DNA from: Auanema rhodensis
Taxonomy: Eukaryota > Animalia > Nematoda
Length of the DNA: 64,000 nt
Direction: 5' to 3'
Assembly: GCA_964057225.1 (NCBI GenBank)
Contig: OZ059895.1
Coordinates: forward strand, 23,622,001 to 23,686,000
Below, in pieces: positions 13,001 through 26,100 of this stretch (its first letter is position 1; the number at the start of each line of letters is the position of its first letter). The translations under genes and the position numbers were made by a program. Under the pieces are notes generated by a model, which worked only from the letters and a program-made list of their open reading frames with translations, was not told the origin of the DNA and made no database searches.

Positions 13001-16000
13001 CTTTGAAATTTACGTGAACTTTAATTTATGCTAATTAAATGTACACGTGATGTGCACTCGGTATGTAACTCGCTTCACGTGAAAGATAAAGAGATGCGGT
13101 TTTCAAAATTAGATTCCCCATGTCCATATTAGTCTAACAACAAATTTTTATTGATATTGGTTCATGGTAACCATGACTTTGAAATTTACGTGAACTTTAA
13201 TTTATGCTAATTAAATGTACACGTGATGTGCACTTGGTATGTAACTCGCTTCACGTGAAAGATAAAGAGATGCGGTTTTCAAAATTAGATTCCCCATGTC
13301 CATATTAGTCTAAAAACAAATTTTTATTGATATTGGTTCATGGTAACCATGACTTTGAAATTTACGTGAACTTTAATTTATGCTAATTAAATGTACACGT
13401 GATGGGCACTTGGTATGTAACTCGCTTCACGTGAAAGATAAAGAGATGCGGTTTTCAAAATTAGATTCCCCATGTCCATATTAGTCTAACAACAAATTTT
13501 TATTGATATTGGTGGATGGTAACCATGACTTTGAAATTTACGTGAACTTTAATTTATGCTAATTAAATGTACACGCGATGTGCACTTGGTATGTAACTCG
13601 CTTCACGTGAAAGATAAAGTGATGCGGTTTTCAAAATTAGATTCCCCATGTCCATATTAGTCTAAAAACAAATTTTTATTGATATTGGTTCATGGTAACC
13701 ATGACTTTGAAATTTACGTGAACTTTAATTTATGCTAATTAATTGTACACGTGATGTGCACTTGGTTTGTAACTCGCTTCACGTGAAAGATAAAGAGATG
13801 CGGTTTTCAAAATTAGATTCCCCATGTCCATATTAGTCTAAAAACAAATTTTTATTGATATTGGTTCATGGTAACCATGACTTTGAAATTTACGTGAACT
13901 TTAATTTATGCCAATTAAATGTAAATTTATGCTAATTAAATGTACACGTGATGTGCACTTGGTATGTAACTCGCTTCACGTGAAAGATAAAGAGATGCGG
14001 TTTTCAAAATTAGATTCCCCATGTCCATATTAGTCTAACAACAAATTTTTATTGATATTGGTGCATGGTAACCATGACTTTGAAATTTACGTGAACTTTA
14101 ATTTATGCTAATTAAATGTACACGTGATGTGCACTTGGTATGTAACTCGCTTCACGTGAAAGATAGAGAGATGCGGTTTTCAAAATTAGATTCCCCATGT
14201 CCATATTAGTCTAACAACAAATTTTTATTGATATTGGTGCATGGTAACCATGACTTTGAAATTTACGTGAACTTTAATTTATGCTAATTAAATGTACACG
14301 TGATGTGCACTTGGTATGCAACTCGCTTCACGTGAAAGATAAAGAGATGCGGTTTTCAAAATTAGATTCCCCATGTCCATATTAGTATAAAAACAAATTT
14401 TTATTGATATTGGTTCATGGTAACCATGACTTTGAAATTTACGTGAACTTTAATTTATGCTAATTAAATGTACACGTGATGTGCACTTGGTATGTAACTC
14501 GCTTCACGTGAAAGATAAAGAGATGCGGTTTTCAAAATTAGATTCCCCATGTCCATATTAGTCTAAAAACAAATTTTTATTGATATTGGTTCATGGTAAC
14601 CATGACTTTGAAATTTACGTGAACTTTAATTTATGCTAATTAAATGTACACGTGATGTGCACTTGGTATGTAACTCGCTTCACGTGAAAGATAAAGAGAT
14701 GCGGTTTTCAAAATTAGATTCCCCATGTCCATATTAGTCTAAAAACAAATTTTTATTGATATTGGTTCATGGTAACCATGACTTTGAAATTTACGTGAAC
14801 TTTAATTTATGCTAATTAAATGTACACGTGATGTGCACTTGGTTTGTAACTCGCTTCACGTGAAAGATAAAGAGATGCGGTTTTCAAAATTAGATTCTTC
14901 ATGTCCATATTAGTCTAAAAACAAATTTTTATTGATATTGGTTCATGGTAACCATGACTTTGAAATTTACGTGAACTTTAATTTATGCCAATTAAATGTA
15001 AATTTATGCTAATTAAATGTACACGTGATGTGCACTTGGTATGTAACTCGCTTCACGTGTAAGATAAAGAGATGCGGTTTTCAAAATTAGATTCCCCATG
15101 TCCATATTAGTCTAACAACAAATTTTTATTGATATTGGTGCATGGTAACCATGACTTTGAAATTTACGTGAACTTTAATTTATGCTAATTAAATGTACAC
15201 GTGATGTGCACTTGGTATGTAACTCGCTTCACGTGAAAGATAGAGAGATGCGGTTTTCAAAATTAGATTCCCCATGTCCATATTAGTCTAACAACAAATT
15301 TTTATTGATATTGGTGCATGGTAACCATGACTTTAAAATTTACGTGAACTTTAATTTATGCTAATTAAATGTACACGTGATGTGCACTTGGTATGCAACT
15401 CGCTTCACGTGAAAGATAAAGAGATGCGGTTTTCAAAATTAGATTCCCCATGTCCATATTAGTATAAAAACAAATTTTTATTGATATTGGTTCATGGTAA
15501 CCATGACTTTGAAATTTACGTGAACTTTAATTTATGCTAATTAAATGTACACGTGATGTGCACTTGGTATGTAACTCGCTTCACGTGAAAGATAAAGAGA
15601 TGCGGTTTTCAAAATTAGATTCCCCATGTCCATATTAGTCTAAAAACAAATTTTTATTGATATTGGTTCATGGTAACCATGACTTTGGAATTTACGTGAA
15701 CTTTAATTTATGCTAATTAAATGTACACGTGATGTGCACTTGGTATGTAACTCGCTTCACGTGAAAGATAAAGAGATGCGATTTTCAAAATTAGATTCCC
15801 CATGTCCATATTAGTCTAACAACAAATTTTTATTGATATTGGTGCATGGTAACCATGACTTTGAAATTTACGTGAACTTTAATTTATGCTAATTAAATGT
15901 ACACGTGATGTGCACTTGGTATGTAACTCGCTTCACGTGAAAGATAGAGAGATGCGGTTTTCAAAATTAGATTCCCCATGTCCATATTAGTCTAACAACA

Positions 16001-17156
16001 AATTTTTATTGATATTGGTGCATGGTAACCATGACTTTAAAATTTACGTTAACTTTAATTTATGCTAATTAAATGTACACGTGATGTGCACTTGGTATGC
16101 AACTCGCTTCACGTGAAAGATAAAGAGATGCGGTTTCCAAAATTAGATTCCCCATGTCCATATTAGTATAAAAACAAATTTTTATTGATATTGGTTCATG
16201 GTAACCATGACTTTGAAATTTACGTGAACTTTAATTTATGCTAATTAAATGTACACGTGATGTGCACTTGGTATGTAACTCGCTTCACGTGAAAGATAAA
16301 GAGATGCGGTTTCCAAAATTAGATTCCCCATGTCCATATTAGTCTAAAAACAAATTTTTATTGATATTGGTTCATGGTAACCATGACTTTGGAATTTACG
16401 TGAACTTTAATTTATGCTAATTAAATGTACACGTGATGTGCACTTGGTATGTAACTCGCTTCACGTGAAAGATAAAGAGATGCGATTTTCAAAATTAGAT
16501 TCCCCATGTCCATATTAGTCTAAAAACCAATTTTTATTGATATTGGTGCATGGTAACCATGACTTTGAAATTTACGTGAACTTTAATTTATGCTAATTAA
16601 ATGTACACGTGATGTGCACTTGGTATGTAACTCGCTTCACGTGAAAGATAAAGAGATGCGATTTTCAAAATTAGATTCCCCATGTCCATATTAGTCTAAA
16701 AACCAATTTTTATTGATATTGGTGCATGGTAACCATGACTTTGAAATTTACGTGAACTTTAATTTATGCTAATTAAATGTACACGTGATGTGCACTTGGT
16801 ATGTAACTCGCTTCACGTGAAAGATAAAGAGATGCGGTTTTCAAAATTAGATTCCCCATGTCCATATTAGTCTAACAACAAATTTTTATTGATATTGGTT
16901 CATGGTAACCATGACTTTGAAATTTACGTGAACTTTAATTTATGCTAATTAAATGTACACGTGATGTGCACTTGGTATGTAACTCGCTTCACGTGAAAGA
17001 TAAAGAGATGCGGTTTTCAAAATTAGATTCCCCATGTCCATATTAGTCTAAAAACAAATTTTTATTGATATTGGTTCATGGTAACCATGACTTTGAAATT
17101 TACGTGAACTTTAATTTATGCTAATTAAATGTACACGTGATGGGCACTTGGTATGT

Positions 17157-18958
17157 AACTCGCTTCACGTGAAAGATAAAGAGATGCGGTTTTCAAAATT
17201 AGATTCCCCATGTCCATATTAGTCTAACAACAAATTTTTATTGATATTGGTTCATGGTAACCATGACTTTGAAATTTACGTGAACTTTAATTTATGCTAA
17301 TTAAATGTACACGTGATGTGCACTTGGTATGTAACTCGCTTCACGTGAAAGATAAAGAGATGCGGTTTTCAAAATTAGATTCCCCATGTCCATATTAGTC
17401 TAAAAACAAATTTTTATTGATATTGGTTCATGGTAACCATGACTTTGAAATTTACGTGAACTTTAATTTATGCTAATTAAATGTACACGTGATGGGCACT
17501 TGGTATGTAACTCGCTTCACGTGAAAGATAAAGAGATGCGGTTTTCAAAATTAGATTCCCCATGTCCATATTAGTCTAACAACAAATTTTTATTGATATT
17601 GGTGGATGGTAACCATGACTTTGAAATTTACGTGAACTTTAATTTATGCTAATTAAATGTACACGCGATGTGCACTTGGTATGTAACTCGCTTCACGTGA
17701 AAGATAAAGTGATGCGGTTTTCAAAATTAGATTCCCCATGTCCATATTAGTCTAAAAACAAATTTTTATTGATATTGGTTCATGGTAACCATGACTTTGA
17801 AATTTACGTGAACTTTAATTTATGCTAATTAAATGTACACGTGATGTGCACTTGGTTTGTAACTCGCTTCACGTGAAAGATAAAGAGATGCGGTTTTCAA
17901 AATTAGATTCCCCATGTCCATATTAGTCTAAAAACAAATTTTTATTGATATTGGTTCATGGTAACCATGACTTTGAAATTTACGTGAACTTTAATTTATG
18001 CCAATTAAATGTAAATTTATGCTAATTAAATGTACACGTGATGTGCACTTGGTATGTAACTCGCTTCACGTGAAAGATAAAGAGATGCGGTTTTCAAAAT
18101 TAGATTCCCCATGTCCATATTAGTCTAACAACAAATTTTTATTGATATTGGTTCATGGTAACCATGACTTTGAAATTTACGTGAACTTTAATTTATGCTA
18201 ATTAAATGTACACGTGATGTGCACTTGGTATGTAACTCGCTTCACGTGAAAGATAAAGAGATGCGGTTTTCAAAATTAGATTCCCCATGTCCATATTAGT
18301 CTAAAAACAAATTTTTATTGATATTGGTTCATGGTAACCATGACTTTGAAATTTACGTGAACTTTAATTTATGCTAATTAAATGTACACGTGATGGGCAC
18401 TTGGTATGTAACTCGCTTCACGTGAAAGATAAAGAGATGCGGTTTTCAAAATTAGATTCCCCATGTCCATATTAGTCTAACAACAAATTTTTATTGATAT
18501 TGGTGGATGGTAACCATGACTTTGAAATTTACGTGAACTTTAATTTATGCTAATTAAATGTACACGCGATGTGCACTTGGTATGTAACTCGCTTCACGTG
18601 AAAGATAAAGTGATGCGGTTTTCAAAATTAGATTCCCCATGTCCATATTAGTCTAAAAACAAATTTTTATTGATATTGGTTCATGGTAACCATGACTTTG
18701 AAATTTACGTGAACTTTAATTTATGCTAATTAAATGTACACGTGATGTGCACTTGGTTTGTAACTCGCTTCACGTGAAAGATAAAGAGATGCGGTTTTCA
18801 AAATTAGATTCCCCATGTCCATATTAGTCCAAAAACAAATTTTTATTGATATTGGTTCATGGTAACCATGACTTTGAAATTTACGTGAACTTTAATTTAT
18901 GCCAATTAAATGTAAATTTATGCTAATTAAATGTACACGTGATGTGCACTTGGTATGT
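17157..18958. repeat. Two tandem copies of a 901-bp 5-mer higher-order repeat (4x176 + one 197-bp monomer); related copies near 3345-4069 and 13067-13967
   Basis: The ordered markers are GATGGGCAC, then GGTGGATGG+CACGCG, then AAGTGATG+GGTTTGT, then the 21-bp duplication. The duplications at 17993 and 18894 are 901 bp apart. Confidence 0.85.
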
Positions 18959-20199
18959 AACTCGCTTCACGTGAAAGATAAAGAGATGCGGTTTTCAAAA
19001 TTAGATTCCCCATGTCCATATTAGTCTAACAACAAATTTTTATTGATATTGGTTCATGGTAACCATGACTTTGAAATTTACGTGAACTTTAATTTATGCT
19101 AATTAAATGTACACGTGATGTGCACTTGGTATGTAACTCGCTTCACGTGAAAGATAAAGAGATGCGGTTTTCAAAATTAGATTCCCCATGTCCATATTAG
19201 TCTAAAAACAAATTTTTATTGATATTGGTTCATGGTAACCATGACTTTGAAATTTACGTGAACTTTAATTTATGCTAATTAAATGTACACGTGATGGGCA
19301 CTTGGTATGTAACTCGCTTCACGTGAAAGATAAAGAGATGCGGTTTTCAAAATTAGATTCCCCATGTCCATATTAGTCTAACAACAAATTTTTATTGATA
19401 TTGGTTCATGGTAACCATGACTTTGAAATTTACGTGAACTTTAATTTATGCCAATTAAATGTAAATTTATGCTAATTAAATGTACACGTGATGTGCACTT
19501 GGTATGTAACTCGCTTCACGTGAAAGATAAAGAGATGCGGTTTTCAAAATTAGATTCCCCATGTCCATATTAGTCTAACAACAAATTTTTATTGATATTG
19601 GTGCATGGTAACCATGACTTTGAAATTTACGTGAACTTTAATTTATGCTAATTAAATGTACACGTGATGTGCACTTGGTATGTAACTCGCTTCACGTGAA
19701 AGATAAAGAGATGCGGTTTTCAAAATTAGATTCCCCATGTCCATATTAGTCTAAAAACAAATTTTTATTGATATTGCTTCATGGTAACCATGACTTTGAA
19801 ATTTACGTGAACTTTAATTTATGCTAATTAAATGTACACGTGATGTGCACTTGGTATGCAACTCGCTTCACGTGAAAGATAAAGAGATGCGGTTTTCAAA
19901 ATTAGATTCCCCATTTCCATATTAGTCTAACAACAAATTTTTATTGATATTGGTTCATGGTAACCATGACTTTGAAATTTACGTGAACTTTAATTTATAC
20001 TAATTAAATGTACACGTGATGTGCACTTGGTATGCAACTCGCTTCACGTGAAAGATAAAGAGATGCGGTTTTCAAAATTAGATTCCCCATGTCCATATTA
20101 GTATAAAAACAAATTTTTATTGATATTGGTTCATGGTAACCATGACTTTGAAATTTACGTGAACTTTAATTTATGCTAATTAAATGTACACGTGATGTG

Positions 20200-23100
20200 C
20201 ACTTGGTATGTAACTCGCTTCACGTGAAAGATAAAGAGATGCGGTTTTCAAAATTAGATTCCCCATGTCCATATTAGTCTAAAAACAAATTTTTATTGAT
20301 ATTGGTTCATGGTAACCATGACTTTGAAATTTACGTGAACTTTAATTTATGCTAATTAAATGTACACGTGATGTGCACTTGGTATGTAACTCGCTTCACG
20401 TGAAAGATAAAGAGATGCGGTTTTCAAAATTAGATTCCCCATGTCCATATTAGTCTAAAAACAAATTTTTATTGATATTGGTGCATGGTAACCATGACTT
20501 TGAATTTTACGTGAACTTTAATTTATGCTAATTAAATGTACACGTGATGTGCACTTGGTATGTAACTCGCTTCACGTGAAAGATAAAGAGATGCGGTTTT
20601 CAAAATTAGATTCCACATGTCCATATTAGTCTAAAAACAAATTTTTATTGATATTGGTTCATGGTAACCATGACTTTGAAATTTACGTGAACATTAATTT
20701 ATGCTAATTAAATGTACACGTGATGTGCACTTGGTATGTAACTCGCTTCACGTGAAAGATAAAGAGATGCGGTTTTCAAAATTAGATTCCCCATGTCCAT
20801 ATTAGTCTAAAAACAAATTTTTATTGATATTGGTGCATGGTAACCATGACTTTGAAATTTACGTGAACTTTAATTTATGCTAATTAAATGTACACGTGAT
20901 GTGCACTTGGTATGTAACTCGCTTCACGTGAAAGATAAAGAGATGCGGTTTTCAAAATTAGATTCCCCATGTCCATATTAGTCTAAAAACAAATTTTTAT
21001 TGATATTGGTGCATGGTAACCATGACTTTGAAATTTACGTGAACTTTAATTTATGCTAATTAAATGTACACGTGATGTGCACTTGGTATGTAACTCGCTT
21101 CACGTGAAAGATAAAGAGATGCGGTTTCCAAAATCAGATTCCCCATGTCCATATTAGTCTAAAAACAAATTTTTATTGATATTGGTGCATGGTAACCATG
21201 ACTTTGAATTTTACGTGAACTTTAATTTATGCTAATTAAATGTACACGTGATGTGCACTTGGTATGTAACTCGCTTCACGTGAAAGATAAAGAGATGCGG
21301 TTTTCAAAATTAGATTCCCCATGTCCATATTAGTCTAAAAACAAATTTTTTTTGATGTTGGTGCATGGTAACCATGACTTTGAAATTTACGTGAACTTTA
21401 ATTTATGCTAATTAAATGTACACGTGATGTGCACTTGGTATGTAACTCGCTTCACGTGAAAGATAAAGAGATGCGGTTTTCAAAATTAGATTCCCCATGT
21501 CCATATTAGTCTAAAAACAAATTTTTATTGATTTTGGTGCATGGTAACCATGACTTTGAATTTTACGTGAACTTTAATTTATGCTAATTAAATGTACACG
21601 TGATGTGCACTTGGTATGTAACTCGCTTCACGTGGAAGATAAAGAGATGCGGTTTACAAAATTAGATTCCCCATGTCCATATTAGTCTAAAAACAAATTT
21701 TTATTGATATTGGTGCATGGTAACCATGACTTTGAATTTTACGTGAACTTTAATTTATGCTAATTAAATGTACACGTGATGTGCACTTGGTATGTAACTC
21801 GCTTCACGTGAAAGATAAAGAGATGCGGTTTTCAAAATTAGATTCCCCATGTCCATATTAGTCTAAAAACAAATTTTTATTGATGTTGGTGCATGGTAAC
21901 CATGACTTTGAAATTTACGTGAACTTTAATTTATGCTAATTAAATGTACACGTGATGTGCACTTGGTATGTAACTCGCTTCACGTGAAAGATAAAGAGAT
22001 GCGGTTTTCAAAATTAGATTCCCCATGTCCATATTAGTCTAAAAACAAATTTTTATTGATATTGGTGCATGGTAACCATGACTTTGAAATTTACGTGAAC
22101 TTTAATTTATGCTAATTAAATGTACACGTGATGTGCACTTGGTATGTAACTCGCTTCACGTGAAAGATAAAGAGATGCGGTTTTCAAAATTAGATTCCCC
22201 ATGTCCATATTAGTCTAAAAACAAATTTTTATTGATATTGGTGCATGGTAACCATGACTTTGAATTTTACGTGAACTTTAATTTATGCTAATTAAATGTA
22301 CACGTGATGTGCACTTGGTATGTAACTCGCTTCACGTGAAAGATAAAGAGATGCGGTTTTCAAAATTAGGTTCCCCATGTCCATATTAGTCTAAAAACAA
22401 ATTTTTATTGATATTGGTTCATGGTAACCATGACTTTGAAATTTACGTGAACTTTAATTTATGCTAATTAAATGTACACGTGATGTGCACTTGGTATGTA
22501 ACTCGCTTCACGTAAAAGATAAAGAGATGCGGTTTTCACAATTAGATTCCCCATGTCCATATTAGTCTAAAAACAAATTTTTATTGATATTGGTGCATGG
22601 TAACCATGACTTTGAATTTTACGTGAACTTTAATTTATGCTAATTAAATGTACACGTGATGTGCACTTGGTATGTAACTCGCTTCACGTGAAAGATAAAG
22701 AGATGCGGTTTTCAAAATTAGATTCCCCATGTCCATATTAGTCTAAAAACAAATTTTTATTGATATTGGTTCATGGTAACCATGACTTTGAAATTTACGT
22801 GAACTTTAATTTATGCTAATTAAATGTACACGTGATGTGCACTTGGTATGTAACTCGCTTCACGTGAAAGATAAAGAGATGCGGTTTTCAAAATTAGATT
22901 CCCCATGTCCATATTAGTCTAAAAACAAATTTTTATTGATATTGCTTCATGGTAACCATGACTTTGAATTTTACGTGAACTTTAATTTATGCTAATTAAA
23001 TGTACACGTGATGTGCACTTGGTATGTAACTCGCTTCACGTGAAAGATAAAGAGATGCGGTTTTAAAAATTAGATTCCCCATGTCCATATTAGTCTAAAA

Positions 23101-26100
23101 ACAAATTTTTATTGATATTGCTTCATGGTAACCATGACTTTGAAATTTACGTGAACTTTAATTTATGCTAATTAAATGTACACGTGATGTGCACTTGGTA
23201 TGTAACTCGCTTCACGTGAAAGATAAAGAGATGCGGTTTTCAAAATTAGATTCCCCATGTCCATATTAGTCTAAAAACAAATTTTTATTGATATTGGTTC
23301 ATGGTAACCATGACTTTGAAATTTACGTGAACTTTAATTTATGCTAATTAAATGTACACGTGATGTGCACTTGGTATGTAACTCGCTTCACGTGAAAGAT
23401 AAAGAGATGCGGTTTTCAAAATTAGATTCTTCATGTCCATATTAGTCTAAAAACAAATTTTTATTGATATTGCTTCATGGTAACCATGACTTTGAATTTT
23501 ACGTGAACTTTAATTTATGCTAATTAAATGTACGCGTGATGTGCACTTGGTATGTAACTCGCTTCACGTGAAAGATAAAGAGATGCGGTTTTCAAAATTA
23601 GATTCCCCATGTCCATATTAGTCTAAAAACAAATTTTTATTGATATTGGTTCATGGTAACCATGACTTTGAAATTTACGTGAACTTTAATTTATGCTAAT
23701 TAAATGTACACGTGATGTGCACTTGGTATGTAACTCGCTTCACGTGAAAGATAAAGAGATGCGGTTTTCAAAATTAGATTCCCCATGTCCATATTAGTCT
23801 AAAAACAAATTTTTATTGATATTGGTTCATGGTAACCATGACTTTGAAATTTACGTGAACTTTAATTTATGCTAATTAAATGTACACGTGATGTGCACTT
23901 GGTATGTAACTCGCTTCACGTGAAAGATAAAGAGATGCGGTTTTCAAAATTAGATTCCCCATGTCCATATTAGTCTAAAAACAAATTTTTATTGATATTG
24001 GTGCATGGTAACCATGACTTTGAAATTTACGTGAACTTTAATTTATGCTAATTAAATGTACACGTGATGTGCACTTGGTATGTAACTCGCTTCACGTGAA
24101 AGATAAAGAGATGCGGTTTTCAAAATTAGATTCCCCATGTCCATATTAGTCTAAAAACAAATTTTTATTGATATTGCTTCATGGTAACCATGACTTTGAA
24201 TTTTACGTGAACTTTAATTTATGCTAATTAAATGTACACGTGATGTGCACTTGGTATGTAACTCGCTTCACGTGAAAGATAAAGAGATGCGGTTTTCAAA
24301 ATTAGATTCCCCATGTCCATATTAGTCTAAAAACAAATTTTTATTGATATTGGTTCATGGTAACCATGACTTTGAAATTTACGTGAACTTTAATTTATGC
24401 TAATTAAATGTACACGTGATGTGCACTTGGTATGTAACTCGCTTCACGTGAAAGATAAAGAGATGCGGTTTTCAAAATTAGATTCCCCATGTCCATATTA
24501 GTCTAAAAACAAATTTTTATTGATATTGCTTCATGGTAACCATGACTTTGAATTTTACGTGAACTTTAATTTATGCTAATTAAATGTACACGTGATGTGC
24601 ACTTGGTATGTAACTCGCTTCACGTGAAAGATAAAGAGATGCGGTTTTCAAAATTAGATTCCCCATGTCCATATTAGTCTAAAAACAAATTTTTATTGAT
24701 ATTGGTTCATGGTAACCATGACTTTGAAATTTACGTGAACTTTAATTTATGCTAATTAAATGTACACGTGATGTGCACTTGGTATGTAACTCGCTTCACG
24801 TGAAAGATAAAGAGATGCGGTTTTCAAAATTAGATTCCCCATGTCCATATTAGTCTAAAAACAAATTTTTATTGATATTGCTTCATGGTAACCATGACTT
24901 TGAAATTTACGTGAACTTTAATTTATGCTAATTAAATGTACACGTGATGTGCACTTGGTATGTAACTCGCTTCACGTGAAAGATAAAGAGATGCGGTTTT
25001 CAAAATTAGATTCCCCATGTCCATATTAGTCTAAAAACAAAATTTTATTGATATTGCTTCATGGTAACCATGACTTTGAATTTTACGTGAACTTTAATTT
25101 ATGCTAATTAAACGTACACGTGATGTGCACTTGGTATGTAACTCGCTTCACGTGAAAGATAAAGAGATGCGGTTTTCAAAATTAGATTCCCCATGTCCAT
25201 ATTAGTCTAAAAACAAATTTTTATTGATATTGGTGCATGGTAACCATGACTTTGAATTTTACGTGAACTTTAATTTATGCTAATTAAATGTACACGTGAT
25301 GTGCACTTGGTATGTAACTCGCTTCACGTGAAAGATAAAGAGATGCGGTTTTCAAAATTAGATTCCCCATGTCCATATTAGTCTAAAAACAAATTTTTAT
25401 TGATATTGCTTCATGGTAACCATGACTTTGAAATTTACGTGAACTTTAATTTATGCTAATTAAATGTACACGTGATGTGCACTTGGTATGTAACTCGCTT
25501 CACGTGAAAGATAAAGAGATGCGGTTTACAAAATTAGATTCCCCATGTCCATATTAGTCTAAAAACAAATTTTTATTGATATTGGTTCATGGTAACCATG
25601 ACTTTGAAATTTACGTGAACTTTAATTTATGCTAATTAAATGTACACGTGATGTGCACTTGGTATGTAACTCGCTTCACGTGAAAGATAAAGAGATGCGG
25701 TTTTCAAAATTAGATTCCCCATGTCCATATTAGTCTAAAAACAAAATTTTATTGATATTGCTTCATGGTAACCATGACTTTGAATTTTACGTGAACTCTA
25801 ATTTATGCTAATTAAACGTACACGTGATGTGCACTTGGTATGTAACTCGCTTCACGTGAAAGATAAAGAGATGCGGTTTTCAAAATTAGATTCCCCATGT
25901 CCATATTAGTCTAAAAACAAATTTTTATTGATATTGCTTCATGGTAACCATGACTTTGAAATTTACGTGAACTTTAATTTATGCTAATTAAACGTACACG
26001 TGATGTGCACTTGGTATGTAACTCGCTTCACGTGAAAGATAAAGAGATGCGGTTTTCAAAATTAGATTCCCCATGTCCATATTAGTCTAAAAACAAATTT

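Larger units (their letters stand above)
1..20200. repeat. Satellite domain A: mostly 7-mer (1232 bp) higher-order repeat with 6-mer variants
   Basis: Diagnostic variants are A33+C76 (CGATTTT/AAAACCAA), C72 (AACAACAA), G23+A115+C176, A68 (TAGTATA) and G116 (TTTGGAA). Monomers carrying A68 start at 4619, 5851, 7083 and 8315, and at 10603 and 11835 (1232-bp steps). 1233 to 2289 is a 1056-bp step. Confidence 0.85.
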
